A stretch of 64,000 nt of DNA, from positions 151,705 to 215,704 of the forward strand of contig JAEWUV010000002.1 in NCBI GenBank assembly GCA_023396915.1, in the 5' to 3' direction. Position 1 is the stretch's first letter. Every line of letters starts with the position of its first letter. The notes beneath the pieces were generated by a model that was given only the letters and a program-made list of their open reading frames with translations, was not told where the DNA came from and searched no databases. The translations under genes and the position numbers were made by a program. This DNA is from Candidatus Parcubacteria bacterium (lineage in GTDB: Bacteria > Patescibacteriota > Microgenomatia > UBA12405). This document shows positions 39,201 through 48,889 of the stretch, one piece after another.

Positions 39201-40920
39201 TTTGCGGCCCGCGACGGTAGACGGCAGCCCAAGCGGCGAAATTTGATTGAAAAGTTTTTTGATGAATGATAGCGCCATCCTTGTTTGTTACAGTCCAATT
39301 GAAAGCAGTTTTTAGGCCGGGAACAGCATGTTCGTCTTGGACTACTTTGCCGGCAGGAAGAGTGGGGTCATCAATCCAAACATCGGGAGGAGCGGGAGTG
39401 TAATCCCATTGGCGATAATTATCGATTACAACTTGGCGACCATCAGAGGTACCATAAATTTCGTAAGTTAAGCGACGTTCGTCCATATTTAAAATACTTT
39501 GAATGAGGACATAATGGCCAGTGTCGTTGATAAATTTTAAGTCAGGACTGGGGATAAAAACGGTGGCGTCGAAGCCAGGTTTACTGTCTTCTTCATAGTA
39601 ACTAACGCGGTAAGCATGGGCTTTTCGTTCAATAATATCAAGACCGGCGTTGAGAATAGCCCGAAAGAAAGTAGTGGAAACTTGGCAAATTCCCCCACCG
39701 ACATCAAGTTCGGTTTTGCCTTGACGGATAATATAAGCTTTGGCGTAACCAACATCAAGAGAAACTTCGCCCAGAGATTTGACAAAAGAAAAAGTATCAC
39801 CAGGGGCAACTAAAATTCGGTTAACAATAGAGGATCCTTTGGCGATGTTAACATTACGAGTGGCACTGGAATGTTTGAAAGTAGAAGTTCCGCTACCAAG
39901 AAGCTCTTTGATACCTAAATTATTAACATCATCATTTTTTAGTTTTGGCTCGTCTGATTGAAAGGATAAATTAAATTCGAAAGTGGTTTTATCAGAATTT
40001 TCTAAGTCGGTAAAAGCAGAAATAATGTCTTGGGAAAGTTGCTCAGGGTCGACCGAAATGCCATTTTTGGCTGACTGGAATTCTAAAACTTGATTATTTT
40101 CAAATTTGAAAACAGCATCAACTGGTTCGGTTTTTAAACTTTGAGACAGGTTTTGGGAATAGGTATCGATTTTTTCTGTTTGAAAACCGTTGTCAAAATC
40201 AATCCAAGAAATTAAAGTTTGATCGTCAATAACAACCGGCTTATCGTCTGGTGTTTTTATGGTTAAAGATTTACCTAACAGATTTTTGGCCCGGGAAATA
40301 GTTTGATTAATGTGAGTTTCGTCAGGGATTGAACCAATGGAATTGACAGGGATGGGAATGGTTTCGTTAAAATTGGCAAAAGCGAGATTGTTAAGAATCT
40401 GTTCTTGGAGTTTGGATTGGTCTAGACTAATACCGAGAGAACCATTAGTAACGGAAATTTTTTGTTTGTCGACTACAAGCTCGGTGGGGACAAATGGTTT
40501 GTCAATTTGACTGGCAATATCGGTGATATTTTGAGAGAGTAATGAAGAGTCATAGTCAATATTAAGAGAAAATTCTTTGGGATTGAAAAAGTATTTAACG
40601 TAATTAAAAATACCTTCATCAAGACGACGGTAAAGAATAGTTGAAGCGATTTTGTCGGTATTGATTTGGGCAGAAATTGAGGCAATAGAAATAGTAAAGT
40701 TTTTATCTTGATAATTTAAATTTAAATTTTCGGGGAGGAGAAATTCCTGGTTGAGTTTAGTAATAATTTGATTACGGGAGAGGTGAGAATAGTCTTTGGT
40801 TAAAACTTTGGTATTACTGGCACTTTTGTTGTAATTTAAAATTATTGGCGTAAATAAGAGTAAAACCGGGAAGAGAGTAATTAAAAAAGCGATTAATAAA
40901 TTTTTAATAGTTGATTTCAT
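39196..40920 (-). CDS. VanW-family protein (membrane-anchored)
   Basis: C-terminal VanW signature DVGGGICQVSTTFFRAILNAGLDIIERKAH. N-terminal TM. Confidence 0.75.
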   Translation of the reverse strand: MKSTIKNLLIAFLITLFPVLLLFTPIILNYNKSASNTKVLTKDYSHLSRNQIITKLNQEFLLPENLNLNYQDKNFTISIASISAQINTDKIASTILYRRLDEGIFNYVKYFFNPKEFSLNIDYDSSLLSQNITDIASQIDKPFVPTELVVDKQKISVTNGSLGISLDQSKLQEQILNNLAFANFNETIPIPVNSIGSIPDETHINQTISRAKNLLGKSLTIKTPDDKPVVIDDQTLISWIDFDNGFQTEKIDTYSQNLSQSLKTEPVDAVFKFENNQVLEFQSAKNGISVDPEQLSQDIISAFTDLENSDKTTFEFNLSFQSDEPKLKNDDVNNLGIKELLGSGTSTFKHSSATRNVNIAKGSSIVNRILVAPGDTFSFVKSLGEVSLDVGYAKAYIIRQGKTELDVGGGICQVSTTFFRAILNAGLDIIERKAHAYRVSYYEEDSKPGFDATVFIPSPDLKFINDTGHYVLIQSILNMDERRLTYEIYGTSDGRQVVIDNYRQWDYTPAPPDVWIDDPTLPAGKVVQDEHAVPGLKTAFNWTVTNKDGAIIHQKTFQSNFAAWAAVYRRGPQN

Positions 40921-41333
40921 TTTAGACGATTGTCCATGGCCTGATTGGCTAACTGGTCGGCTAACTGATTAAAATCGCGCCGGACATCGGTGAATTTGGC
41001 GGGTAAATTAATTTGGGTTAAGAGTTGTTGGGAATGGGCGAAAAGGGGTAAAAGGGTTGGGGCTTTGACCTTGTATAAACCCTGGAGCTGGCGAATCATT
41101 AATTGGGAATCAGCAAAGAAATTTAACCCAGTTATTTGATAATTATCTTGGTTTTTTTTGACCCATTCTAAAGCGGCAATAATGCCGGAATATTCGGCTT
41201 CATTGTTGGTTTTGATACCAATAAATTTGGCTTCTTTGTAGAGAATGTTTTTTTGGTCGTCGTAAATAACAACGCCGTAACCGGCAACGCCAGGGTTACC
41301 CCGTGATCCTCCGTCGGTGTAAATATCGATAGT
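40917..41333 (-). CDS. rnhA: Ribonuclease HI
   Basis: IDIYTDGGSRGNPGVAGYG...NNEAEYSGIIAAL...ADSQL carboxylate motifs (DEDD). Start probably at the MTIDIY Met. Confidence 0.75.
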   Translation of the reverse strand, partial: TIDIYTDGGSRGNPGVAGYGVVIYDDQKNILYKEAKFIGIKTNNEAEYSGIIAALEWVKKNQDNYQITGLNFFADSQLMIRQLQGLYKVKAPTLLPLFAHSQQLLTQINLPAKFTDVRRDFNQLADQLANQAMDNRLK

Positions 41334-41415
41334 CATAGAAAATGATAACAAATAAAAATGACTAAGTTCTAAACGAGATTACTTCGTCGTTTCACTCCTC
41401 GCAATGACGCATAAA

Positions 41416-42153
41416 TTATTCCAAAAATAGAAGGCAGTACATAAGACCAAGTCCGAGGAGAATGCAAATTAGCTGAATGACAGAGGTGGAGATTTTGGAG
41501 TCGTGGCGGTGGAGTTCAGGGATGAGGTCGGCGACAGCAAGGTAAATAAAACCACCGGCAGTAACTGGAACAAGATAAGCAGAAAAATCGAGATTGAGAA
41601 TAAAAATAACAGCGACTCCCAAAACGCTGGTTAGGGCTGAGAGAAAATTGTAAAAAATAGCTTTTGAAACAGAAAGGCCGTGGTGAATCATAATGCCAAA
41701 ATCGCCGATTTCTTGGGGAATTTCATGCAGAATTACGGCAATGGTGGTGGTAATTCCGACCAAAAAACTGACATTAAAACTGGCAGCAATTAGAGCACCG
41801 TCGATAAAATTATGAACACTATCACCAACCAAATTTAAAGTAATAATATGTTTACTGTCTTGATGACAGTCAACTTCGTGACAATGATGCCAAAGTAAAA
41901 ATTTTTCTAAAATAAAAAATAATAAAATTCCAATAAGGATTAATACTGAAGGTGAAAGAACTAAGTTTGATTCAAAAGACTCGGGAATTAGGTGAATAAA
42001 AGCATCGCCAAGTAAAGCGCCAACAGCAAAACTAACTAAAAATAAGGTAATTTTTTGGATAAAGGTTTTTTTGAGAGAAAATAATAACAAACCAACAAGG
42101 GAAACGGAGCTGATAATGAGGCTGGCGATGAGAGAAAAATAGAAATTAGTCAT
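41416..42153 (-). CDS. ZIP-family divalent metal transporter (ZupT-like)
   Basis: HNFIDGALIA and HEIPQEIGDF motifs, with about 8 TM helices. Confidence 0.7.
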   Translation of the reverse strand: MTNFYFSLIASLIISSVSLVGLLLFSLKKTFIQKITLFLVSFAVGALLGDAFIHLIPESFESNLVLSPSVLILIGILLFFILEKFLLWHHCHEVDCHQDSKHIITLNLVGDSVHNFIDGALIAASFNVSFLVGITTTIAVILHEIPQEIGDFGIMIHHGLSVSKAIFYNFLSALTSVLGVAVIFILNLDFSAYLVPVTAGGFIYLAVADLIPELHRHDSKISTSVIQLICILLGLGLMYCLLFLE

Positions 42154-42182
42154 GGTAAGAGTATAGATTATTTTGGTATGAT

Positions 42183-43676
42183 ATGTTTGTGAACTTAGAT
42201 GAAATTAACTCACCATTACCACCCAGAAAGGTTCCTGAAAGATTGCTAGAAGAGAAAGCTGAACCTGAATTACCACCAAAAGAGGTTGTGGATAATGATA
42301 TAAAGGTATCAACTCCGGTGGAAACAAAAGATAATTTTTGGTCAAAAAATAAGAAATTGATAATGATTTTGGGAGGAGGGGTTTTGGTTTTATTAATAGT
42401 ATTAGTGTTGTTTTTAAGGAAACCCAAGGAAGAGGAAAAAATAGTTTTGAATTATTGGGGTTTGTGGGAAAGCGAAGAAATAATGAATGGAGTGATTAGT
42501 GATTATGAAACTAAGCACCCGAATATTACGATAAATTATAAAAGGAACCAATTGGAAAGTTACCGAACCAGATTAGCATCGAGATTGGCAAAAAGTGAAA
42601 CTGAAGGATTGGAAAATGTGGATATTTTTAGAATTCATAATACTTGGATTCCGATGTTTAGGAATTACTTGGAGGCAGTGCCTACAGATAAAGTAAGTAG
42701 TGTAGGATTGGATATAGATTTTTTTGATGTTTATGCAACTGATTTGAAAGAGAATGGAAAATGGGTGTCGGTTCCTTTGATGTATGACGGATTAGCTATG
42801 TTTTATAACAAGGATTTGCTGGAAAAAGCAGGAATAGGAATACCAAAAAGTTGGTGGGAATTACAGGAAGCGGCGATTCAGTTAACAACTAAAGATGAGC
42901 GAGGAATTATTCAAACGGCAGGAGCTGGAATTGGGACAGCTAATGACAATGTAGAACATTGGAGTGATATTTTGGGTTTGATGACAAAGCAAAATGGAAT
43001 TGATTTTGCTAAAAATATAAATACGGACGAAAATTTGGGAGATGCACTAAAATTTTATGCTTCTTTTGCTAAATCCGCTCAGAATGTTTGGGATGAAACG
43101 TTGCCAAACTCATTAGAATTATTTGCCAGTGGCAAGTTAGCATTTTATTTTGGGGATTCATGGAGGGTGTTTGATTTGGCTAATTTAAATAAAAGTTTGA
43201 ATTATGGAATCACAGTTATGCCACAATTGCAGGTTAATGGTGACATAACCGATAAAGACGCAGAATTGACTAATATTCATTGGGCAAGTTATTGGACTGA
43301 AGGAGTTAATAATAAAAGTAAACATAAAGAAGTGGCTTGGGATTTTTTGGAATATTTAAGTTCAAAAGAGGTGTTGGAAAAACTTTATGCGGCTGAAAGT
43401 CAAACTAGAGCTTTTGGAGAAATTTACCCCAGAAAAAGTATGATGAGTGAATTAAAAGATAACCCTAAAGTTTGGCCTTTTGTGTCGGTGGCTGATAAGG
43501 CAACAAGTTGGTATTTGGCTTCGTCTACTGGTGATGATGGAGTTAATGCAGAAATGCAAAAATATTTTACTGATGCAGTTAATGGTTTATCTAGTTATGC
43601 TGATAATGATGATGTTATGACTGCTTTGAAAAATGGGATTAGTCAATTACAACAAAAATATACATTAAAAAAATAA
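42183..43676 (+). CDS. Extracellular solute-binding protein (ABC-transporter SBP family 1-like), membrane anchored
   Basis: 497 aa with an N-terminal TM and an SBP_bac_1-like pattern (YWGLWE..., FRIHNTWIP). No permease or ATPase gene is adjacent in the window. Confidence 0.45.
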   Translation: MFVNLDEINSPLPPRKVPERLLEEKAEPELPPKEVVDNDIKVSTPVETKDNFWSKNKKLIMILGGGVLVLLIVLVLFLRKPKEEEKIVLNYWGLWESEEIMNGVISDYETKHPNITINYKRNQLESYRTRLASRLAKSETEGLENVDIFRIHNTWIPMFRNYLEAVPTDKVSSVGLDIDFFDVYATDLKENGKWVSVPLMYDGLAMFYNKDLLEKAGIGIPKSWWELQEAAIQLTTKDERGIIQTAGAGIGTANDNVEHWSDILGLMTKQNGIDFAKNINTDENLGDALKFYASFAKSAQNVWDETLPNSLELFASGKLAFYFGDSWRVFDLANLNKSLNYGITVMPQLQVNGDITDKDAELTNIHWASYWTEGVNNKSKHKEVAWDFLEYLSSKEVLEKLYAAESQTRAFGEIYPRKSMMSELKDNPKVWPFVSVADKATSWYLASSTGDDGVNAEMQKYFTDAVNGLSSYADNDDVMTALKNGISQLQQKYTLKK

Positions 43677-43720
43677 CAAACCCTAACCCCTCCCTTTCCC
43701 TTGACAGGGCAAGGGTAAAA
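43677..43720. repeat. Type A palindromic repeat; its TTGACA lies about 17 nt upstream of an A/T-rich -10-like hexamer before tpiA
   Basis: AAACCCTAACCCCTCCCTTTCCCTTGACAGGGCAAGGGTAAAAC. Confidence 0.8.
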
Positions 43721-43749
43721 CAAATTAAAAATTTATTAGAGGTAAAAAT

Positions 43750-44397
43750 ATGATTGCAGTAAATTTTAAAGTCTATGAATGCACGTTTAAAAATGGGTCT
43801 TTGGAATTGGCAAAAATTTGCCGAAAGGTACAGGAAAAAACTAAAGTTAAAATAATACCGGTGGTATCGGCTTTGGACGCCAGAATGATAAAAGAGAAAG
43901 TCGGTGGCGAGGTGTGGATTCAAAATAGTGATGATCTTTTTGAAGGAGCAGTTTCGGGTTCGATTTCCCCTCTTCAGGCAAAAGCCGCTGGAATTGACGG
44001 AACATTATTGAATCATTCGGAATGTCGTAAAAAACCAGGAACGATAAAAAAAATGTTGGCTGCATGGCCTAAGGATTATAAGGTAACATTGTGTTTGAGT
44101 AGTTTTGGTCAGGCCGAAAAATGGGCTAAAGATTTGAAAGTAGATTATATTGCTTATGAACCAAGATACTTAATTGGAAGCTCTGATAAATCAGTGGCTA
44201 CGGAAAAACCGGAAGTAATTAAAAAAATGGTTGATTTGTTTGGAAAAACACCGGTTTTGGCCGGTGCGGGAATACATTCTCAGGAAGATGTAAGGGTTTC
44301 TTTGAAACTTGGTGCTAAAGGAATACTAATTGCTTCATACATAGTTAAAAATGAAGATCCAGAAAAAAGATTAATGGAATTAGCGGAATGTTTTTAA
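43750..44397 (+). CDS. tpiA: Triosephosphate isomerase (short, archaeal-type length of 215 aa)
   Basis: IAVNFKVY (NWK-like), NHSECR, AYEPRYLIGS (AYEPxWAIGTG-like) and AGAGIHS motifs. Confidence 0.7.
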   Translation: MIAVNFKVYECTFKNGSLELAKICRKVQEKTKVKIIPVVSALDARMIKEKVGGEVWIQNSDDLFEGAVSGSISPLQAKAAGIDGTLLNHSECRKKPGTIKKMLAAWPKDYKVTLCLSSFGQAEKWAKDLKVDYIAYEPRYLIGSSDKSVATEKPEVIKKMVDLFGKTPVLAGAGIHSQEDVRVSLKLGAKGILIASYIVKNEDPEKRLMELAECF

Positions 44398-44426
44398 AAG
44401 CTAATTGCTGTATAATTTAAACACTT

Positions 44427-45131
44427 ATGGCATCTATTGATAATTTATTGGTCTCTTTGTTGGTTGATGAAGTTGTTGGTGGGTTTATTGTCACTATTCC
44501 GCCAGGACACGTGGGTTGTATTTATAGTATTTTTAGGGGTGTTTTGAAAAACGTGTGGTATCCAGGAATGCATTTTAAGATTCCAATTATTCATCGGGTG
44601 AAATTGTTTAATGCTCAGTTGATTGAATATACGGTTTCTAAGGATATCTTTTTGAAAGATAACAAAGAAATTATGGGAGATGAAGTGATTAATGCGGTAA
44701 CTTCGGATAATAAGTTTGTGGCTGTGGAAGCGACGGTCTTGATAAAGTTAGATACCGAGAGATTGCCAGAGATATGGCAAAATATCGGCGAGAATTTTGT
44801 GTCAAAAGTAGTTCGACCGGTAACCCGAAGCCGAATTAGAAAAGTTATAACTAACCATACTTTGGCCAACGCTTTGTCGACTGACAGAAGTTTGATTGAA
44901 GAAGAAGTGGTTAAAGAATTAAGAGAATCTTTGACCGGACATGGACTTGATGTAGAAAATTTTTATTTAAGTTCATTAACACCGATTGAAGGTTGGCAGA
45001 TTACTGATGAGGATTTACCCAGAATTGAACCAGTGTCGCAGATGAAAACAGCAGAGCAAATTAGAAGTGAAAGGAATTTTTCTAACCCGCCAATGTCAGA
45101 AACCAACAGTGATTTAGGCCAAAGGGTTTAA
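44427..45131 (+). CDS. SPFH/band-7 domain protein
   Basis: Central region has the alternating pattern of SPFH domains (VEATVLIKLD...IRKVITNHTLANALSTDRSLIEEEV). Confidence 0.45.
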   Translation: MASIDNLLVSLLVDEVVGGFIVTIPPGHVGCIYSIFRGVLKNVWYPGMHFKIPIIHRVKLFNAQLIEYTVSKDIFLKDNKEIMGDEVINAVTSDNKFVAVEATVLIKLDTERLPEIWQNIGENFVSKVVRPVTRSRIRKVITNHTLANALSTDRSLIEEEVVKELRESLTGHGLDVENFYLSSLTPIEGWQITDEDLPRIEPVSQMKTAEQIRSERNFSNPPMSETNSDLGQRV

Positions 45132-45717
45132 TTGTATTAAAAGCGGAATTAAGAGTAGAAAAGGTGGTGGAAACATCGTCGAAGATAATTATGTTTTGGG
45201 GTGGAGGAAGAATTGGGGTAAAAGCATTTTTAATGTTTTGCTGACGCTTGAAGTGATTTTTGAGATGAGATTGAGTAAAAGTGTGGCGATGACGAAAAAT
45301 AATTTGATTGGAGAAAGTTAAATTTAATTTTTGGGCAATAAGTTTTCCCATAATTTCCGATTGGTTAAAACCACGCCAATTTTGGCGGGAAATATAAAGA
45401 GGAATAGGGGTGATAACAAAATTATTATTTTGCCAGTAAGCTAAAAGCTTGGGGTAATTTTTAATAATTTGTTGAGAGAAAAGGCCGCTAAATTCATCGG
45501 TTAGATCAGTGACAAATTCATATTTTAAAGATTGGATGGCAGATCTAATGAGGCCATTATATTTGAACAAACTAAGACTCCCCTCTTTGACTGAATCCAT
45601 AGAAAATTTAGGGGAATGATGTTTGAGATTTTTAAGACATTTTTGGCAAAAATAAGAACCATTTTTACCACAACCGAAGCAGGTTTTGGGGAAAATTAGG
45701 TCAAGGATTAGAGACAT
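45082..45717 (-). CDS. ComF-family phosphoribosyltransferase-domain protein (ComFC-like)
   Basis: N-terminal CFGCG...CQKC zinc-finger pair. C-terminal PRTase motif IIIFDDVSTTFSTL. The listed start is TTG; ATG at 45717. Confidence 0.6.
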   Translation of the reverse strand: MSLILDLIFPKTCFGCGKNGSYFCQKCLKNLKHHSPKFSMDSVKEGSLSLFKYNGLIRSAIQSLKYEFVTDLTDEFSGLFSQQIIKNYPKLLAYWQNNNFVITPIPLYISRQNWRGFNQSEIMGKLIAQKLNLTFSNQIIFRHRHTFTQSHLKNHFKRQQNIKNAFTPILPPPQNIIIFDDVSTTFSTLNSAFNTIKPFGLNHCWFLTLAG

Positions 45718-45768
45718 ATTCAATCTTCCCCCTAGCCCCCTTCTTTGACAAGACGGGGGAATATTTTT
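45717..45768. repeat. Type D element immediately 5' of comFC start
   Basis: ATTCAATCTTCCCCCTAGCCCCCTTCTTTGACAAGACGGGGGAATATTTTTTT. A near-identical copy lies at 50150..50203. Confidence 0.75.
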
Positions 45769-45789
45769 TTGGATTTTTAGGTAGTATTT

Positions 45790-45798
45790 GGTATAATA
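45790..45798 (+). promoter_or_regulatory. Extended -10 promoter element (TGGTATAAT) for ssrA
   Basis: TGnTATAAT match 9 nt upstream of the GGGGATG tmRNA 5' end. Confidence 0.5.
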
Positions 45799-45807
45799 TA
45801 TTCCTCG

Positions 45808-46235
45808 GGGATGTATTGCATCGACGGGACAAGAACTTTAAAAAACTGCAAGCCGACTTTGATTAAATTAAGTCGTAAAACAGAATCAAAACAAAACATG
45901 CCAAATCTAATTTTGGTGAGAAATTTAATTTAGCCACTTCTTTTGGAAACTATGGTTTTCAAAATAATGCTAACTTAGCTTACGCTTTAGCATAAGCTTC
46001 TCCATTTACTATTTCCCTTTTCTGAAGAGAAATTGTAAGTGCCAACTAAATCAGAATGCTATTTTTAGAATCTCAATTTTTTAAAAATCTAAGAGGAGGG
46101 TAATGCCTTCACCAATTGACGTTTTAACGCCTTTTATTTACTTTAGCTGTTGAAAGTGTAGGAGAAAATAATTTAAGCTTGTAGATGTTTTTTACAGTCT
46201 GTTTTCGGACCCGGGCTCGATACCCGGCATCTCCA
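45808..46235 (+). ncRNA. ssrA: tmRNA (SsrA), about 428 nt
   Basis: 5' end GGGGATGTATTGCATCGACGGGA (the conserved tmRNA 5' acceptor/D-arm-like motif, GGGG..CGACGGG). Internal tag reading frame ...GCT AAC TTA GCT TAC GCT TTA GCA TAA (ANLAYALA-stop) at about 45968-45994. 3' T arm CCGGG-CUCGAUA-CCCGG and acceptor CAUCUCC-A. Adjacent smpB. Confidence 0.8.
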
Positions 46236-46240
46236 CTATT

Positions 46241-46288
46241 CAAACCCACCCGGCCTTCGGCCACCCTCCCTTGAAAAAAGGAGGGTAA
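46241..46288. repeat. Type B' palindromic repeat (possible ssrA terminator)
   Basis: CAAACCCACCCGGCCTTCGGCCACCCTCCCTTGAAAAAAGGAGGGTA. Confidence 0.8.
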
Positions 46289-46303
46289 GAATTAAGTTTC
46301 GTT

Positions 46304-46720
46304 TTATTTAAGAATTCTTGACATCTCTCTATCTTTGATTTTTTGTCTTTTTTCGTACTTGCGCAATTTGCGGCCAACGCCGATTTCGATTTTAAACCAC
46401 TTGCCTTTTAGATAAATAGCGATAGGAATAATCATATATTTTTGATGACGGAAAGATATTAGCTTGGCAATTTCTTTTTCGGATAATAAAAGATTTATTT
46501 CGGATGGGTTTTTGCTTATTTCTTCTTTTTGAGAAAACTTATATTTGGGAATTTTTAGGTTAAATAAAATTGGTTGGCCGTTAATGACTTCTATTTTAGA
46601 ACCAATGAATTGGGGTGTTTGGGTGCGCAAAGATTTAGCGTCAGCGCCAGTTAAGGCGATGCCGGCTTCAAATTTATCAGTAAACTGATAATCACGAGAA
46701 TCTTTGTTGAAGTAACGCAT
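46304..46720 (-). CDS. smpB: SsrA-binding protein SmpB
   Basis: ...KFEAGIALTGADAKSLR... central SmpB signature. 138 aa with a basic C-terminal tail. Confidence 0.85.
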   Translation of the reverse strand: MRYFNKDSRDYQFTDKFEAGIALTGADAKSLRTQTPQFIGSKIEVINGQPILFNLKIPKYKFSQKEEISKNPSEINLLLSEKEIAKLISFRHQKYMIIPIAIYLKGKWFKIEIGVGRKLRKYEKRQKIKDREMSRILK

Positions 46721-46740
46721 GCGTTAGTTTAACAAATTTC

Positions 46741-46795
46741 AAACCTCTCTGTTTCGTTTCACTCAACATCTCCCCTTAAAAAAGGGAGAAGTCTT
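46741..46795. repeat. Type C repeat (degenerate first hairpin)
   Basis: ...CATCTCCCCTTAAAAAAGGGAGAAGTCTTA. Confidence 0.7.
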
Positions 46796-46798
46796 AAA

Positions 46799-48649
46799 TT
46801 ATAAGGTTATCTTGTAAATTTTTTGGTCGGAGGAGAGGAAATAGATGGTTTTGTTGGCGGCGTCGAGAGAAACACTGAGGACGTCAAATTTGTCGAGATT
46901 ATATTTGGAAACAAATTCGCCGTTTTTGCGATAGACATAAATAAACTTTGATTTGTCGGTAAGAATTAAATAATCACTGTCGGGGTCAGTAACTAAAGAT
47001 GAGGCTGAAGAAATATCAAAACTTTGTTTTTGTTTGAAATTATCTTTGACGCCGCTGATATAAAGATTGACGAGGCCGGAAGATGTCATAGTCCATATGC
47101 GACCATCAATGGCTAAAAATTTGGAACCGATTTCTAGTTTTAAATTATTTTTTAACCAATTTTGGGGTTCAGAAAATCCGGAAGAATTGGGAGTAAATTT
47201 CCAAATTATTTGATCGGCGTTATCTAAAACATAAACTGAGCCATTCCAAAATTGAACGTCAGTGGGATGAACTGAAGAATAATCGTTAAGATTTAATTTA
47301 GAAGTAAGTCCATCTTTTTCGACTAATTTAACTTGGTCTTGGGACAAAATGTAGACCTGGTTACTGTCTAATAAAATTTTTTGGGCAGATTTAATTGAGT
47401 CGGAGACTGTAATATTTTTGGTAGATTTTTGCTCGGGATTTAGAGTGTCGATTCGACCCGAGGAAGAATCGAGTAAATAAAGTAGATTTTTAGAAAAAGT
47501 AATTTGAGAAAATTTAGGATTGCTGGTAATTAGAGACGTGTCATAAACCATATCGGGGGTAAAACTGTCACTGTCCCCTGTTTGGGAAAGAATGGAATTT
47601 ATTTGGGATTGATATTGGGCAACTTCATCTGAATAAATTTTAAGATTGGCCATATTGTTGATGATTTCTTGGGCTTCTTTGGCAGTAGAGTAAGCAGTAT
47701 CAAGGTCGAGACTTTTGACAGCAGAAATATTGTTTAACTTTTGTTCCAGTTCAGTTTTGTATTGAGAAAATTGAGACTCGGCAAGATTTGCCTGATTTTT
47801 TTTATGGCCAAAATAAAAACTTATTGAAAGACCAATTAATAAAACTAAGGCAAGAGTCAGGCGAATTTTTTGATGATTACCAATTTTGAAATTAAGACGT
47901 TGACGGACATAAACTGACGGATTTTTGTGAGGAATAATCGGAGAATTGATGGATTGCTCGGAAGAAGGTGGAATAATTTCCGTGGTTGAATTGTCAGTTA
48001 AGTCAGGAGAAGAATTTGAAATTGTGGAAGGAATATCTTCTTCTTGGTGAACTTCAATTAAGGCGGCGCTAAGTAAAGTTTGGTCATCAAGGGAATAAAT
48101 ATCGGTAAGAAAATTTTCTTCAATATTTTGAATTTTTTGGTCAATTAAAATGGTTTTAAGTTTGTCCCAAGTGAACTGATCTTTGAATTTTGAAGAGGAA
48201 ATAAAAATTCTGTCCAGATTTTGGATGGGACCGGAAATAACAGCCGGAGATTCTTGGTTGCCAGACAGAAGACGACTAATTTGGTTTTGACGTTGAAGGC
48301 TAACTTCGATATCACCAAAGACAATTAAAAAAAGTTGATCATTGAGAATAACTGCCAAAGCTAAATCAAGTTTTTCATCGGGATTAAGTTGTTGATTAAT
48401 TTTATTAATAATTTGTGTAAGACTGGCTAAAACTGAGTCTGATTGGTTTGAAAAATATTGGCTGTTGATTTGATTAATCAAATCGTGACCTGTCTGAATA
48501 ATAGTGTCAGAATTATTACAAGATAAATTAATGACACCGAACAAATGACCTTTGGAATTTTTGGTTAAATCATCCGGTTCGTTTTCCCAATATTGAGCCC
48601 ACCAATTAGGGGTATTTTTACCAATAAAAGAACGACAGGTGAAGTGCAT
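46799..48649 (-). CDS. Hypothetical bitopic membrane protein: cytoplasmic N-domain, one TM, extracytoplasmic beta-propeller-like repeat domain
   Basis: 616 aa with a central TM (IRLTLALVLLIGLSISFYF). The C-terminus has repeated ...VYxLDxxxxxIxK blade-like units. Confidence 0.4.
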   Translation of the reverse strand: MHFTCRSFIGKNTPNWWAQYWENEPDDLTKNSKGHLFGVINLSCNNSDTIIQTGHDLINQINSQYFSNQSDSVLASLTQIINKINQQLNPDEKLDLALAVILNDQLFLIVFGDIEVSLQRQNQISRLLSGNQESPAVISGPIQNLDRIFISSSKFKDQFTWDKLKTILIDQKIQNIEENFLTDIYSLDDQTLLSAALIEVHQEEDIPSTISNSSPDLTDNSTTEIIPPSSEQSINSPIIPHKNPSVYVRQRLNFKIGNHQKIRLTLALVLLIGLSISFYFGHKKNQANLAESQFSQYKTELEQKLNNISAVKSLDLDTAYSTAKEAQEIINNMANLKIYSDEVAQYQSQINSILSQTGDSDSFTPDMVYDTSLITSNPKFSQITFSKNLLYLLDSSSGRIDTLNPEQKSTKNITVSDSIKSAQKILLDSNQVYILSQDQVKLVEKDGLTSKLNLNDYSSVHPTDVQFWNGSVYVLDNADQIIWKFTPNSSGFSEPQNWLKNNLKLEIGSKFLAIDGRIWTMTSSGLVNLYISGVKDNFKQKQSFDISSASSLVTDPDSDYLILTDKSKFIYVYRKNGEFVSKYNLDKFDVLSVSLDAANKTIYFLSSDQKIYKITL

Positions 48650-48661
48650 TAATTAATGATA

Positions 48662-48889
48662 CTACAAACCGAACATACTTAAGACTAAAACAACAGAGAA
48701 GGCAAGGTGGATGTAAGAAAAGATAATTAAAATTGGATTAAACTTGTCAGTAATACTTTTAGACATGGCGCTAACTTGTTTGACAACAATTACGGAAAAA
48801 ACTAAATAAAGAACGGCCAGTACAATGAAAAAAATTTTGGTAATACTAAAAAAATAAGTGTTAATGTTTAAATCAATTAAATTAAGCAT
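48662..48889 (-). CDS. Small two-TM membrane protein
   Basis: 75-aa hydrophobic protein. Confidence 0.35.
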   Translation of the reverse strand: MLNLIDLNINTYFFSITKIFFIVLAVLYLVFSVIVVKQVSAMSKSITDKFNPILIIFSYIHLAFSVVLVLSMFGL

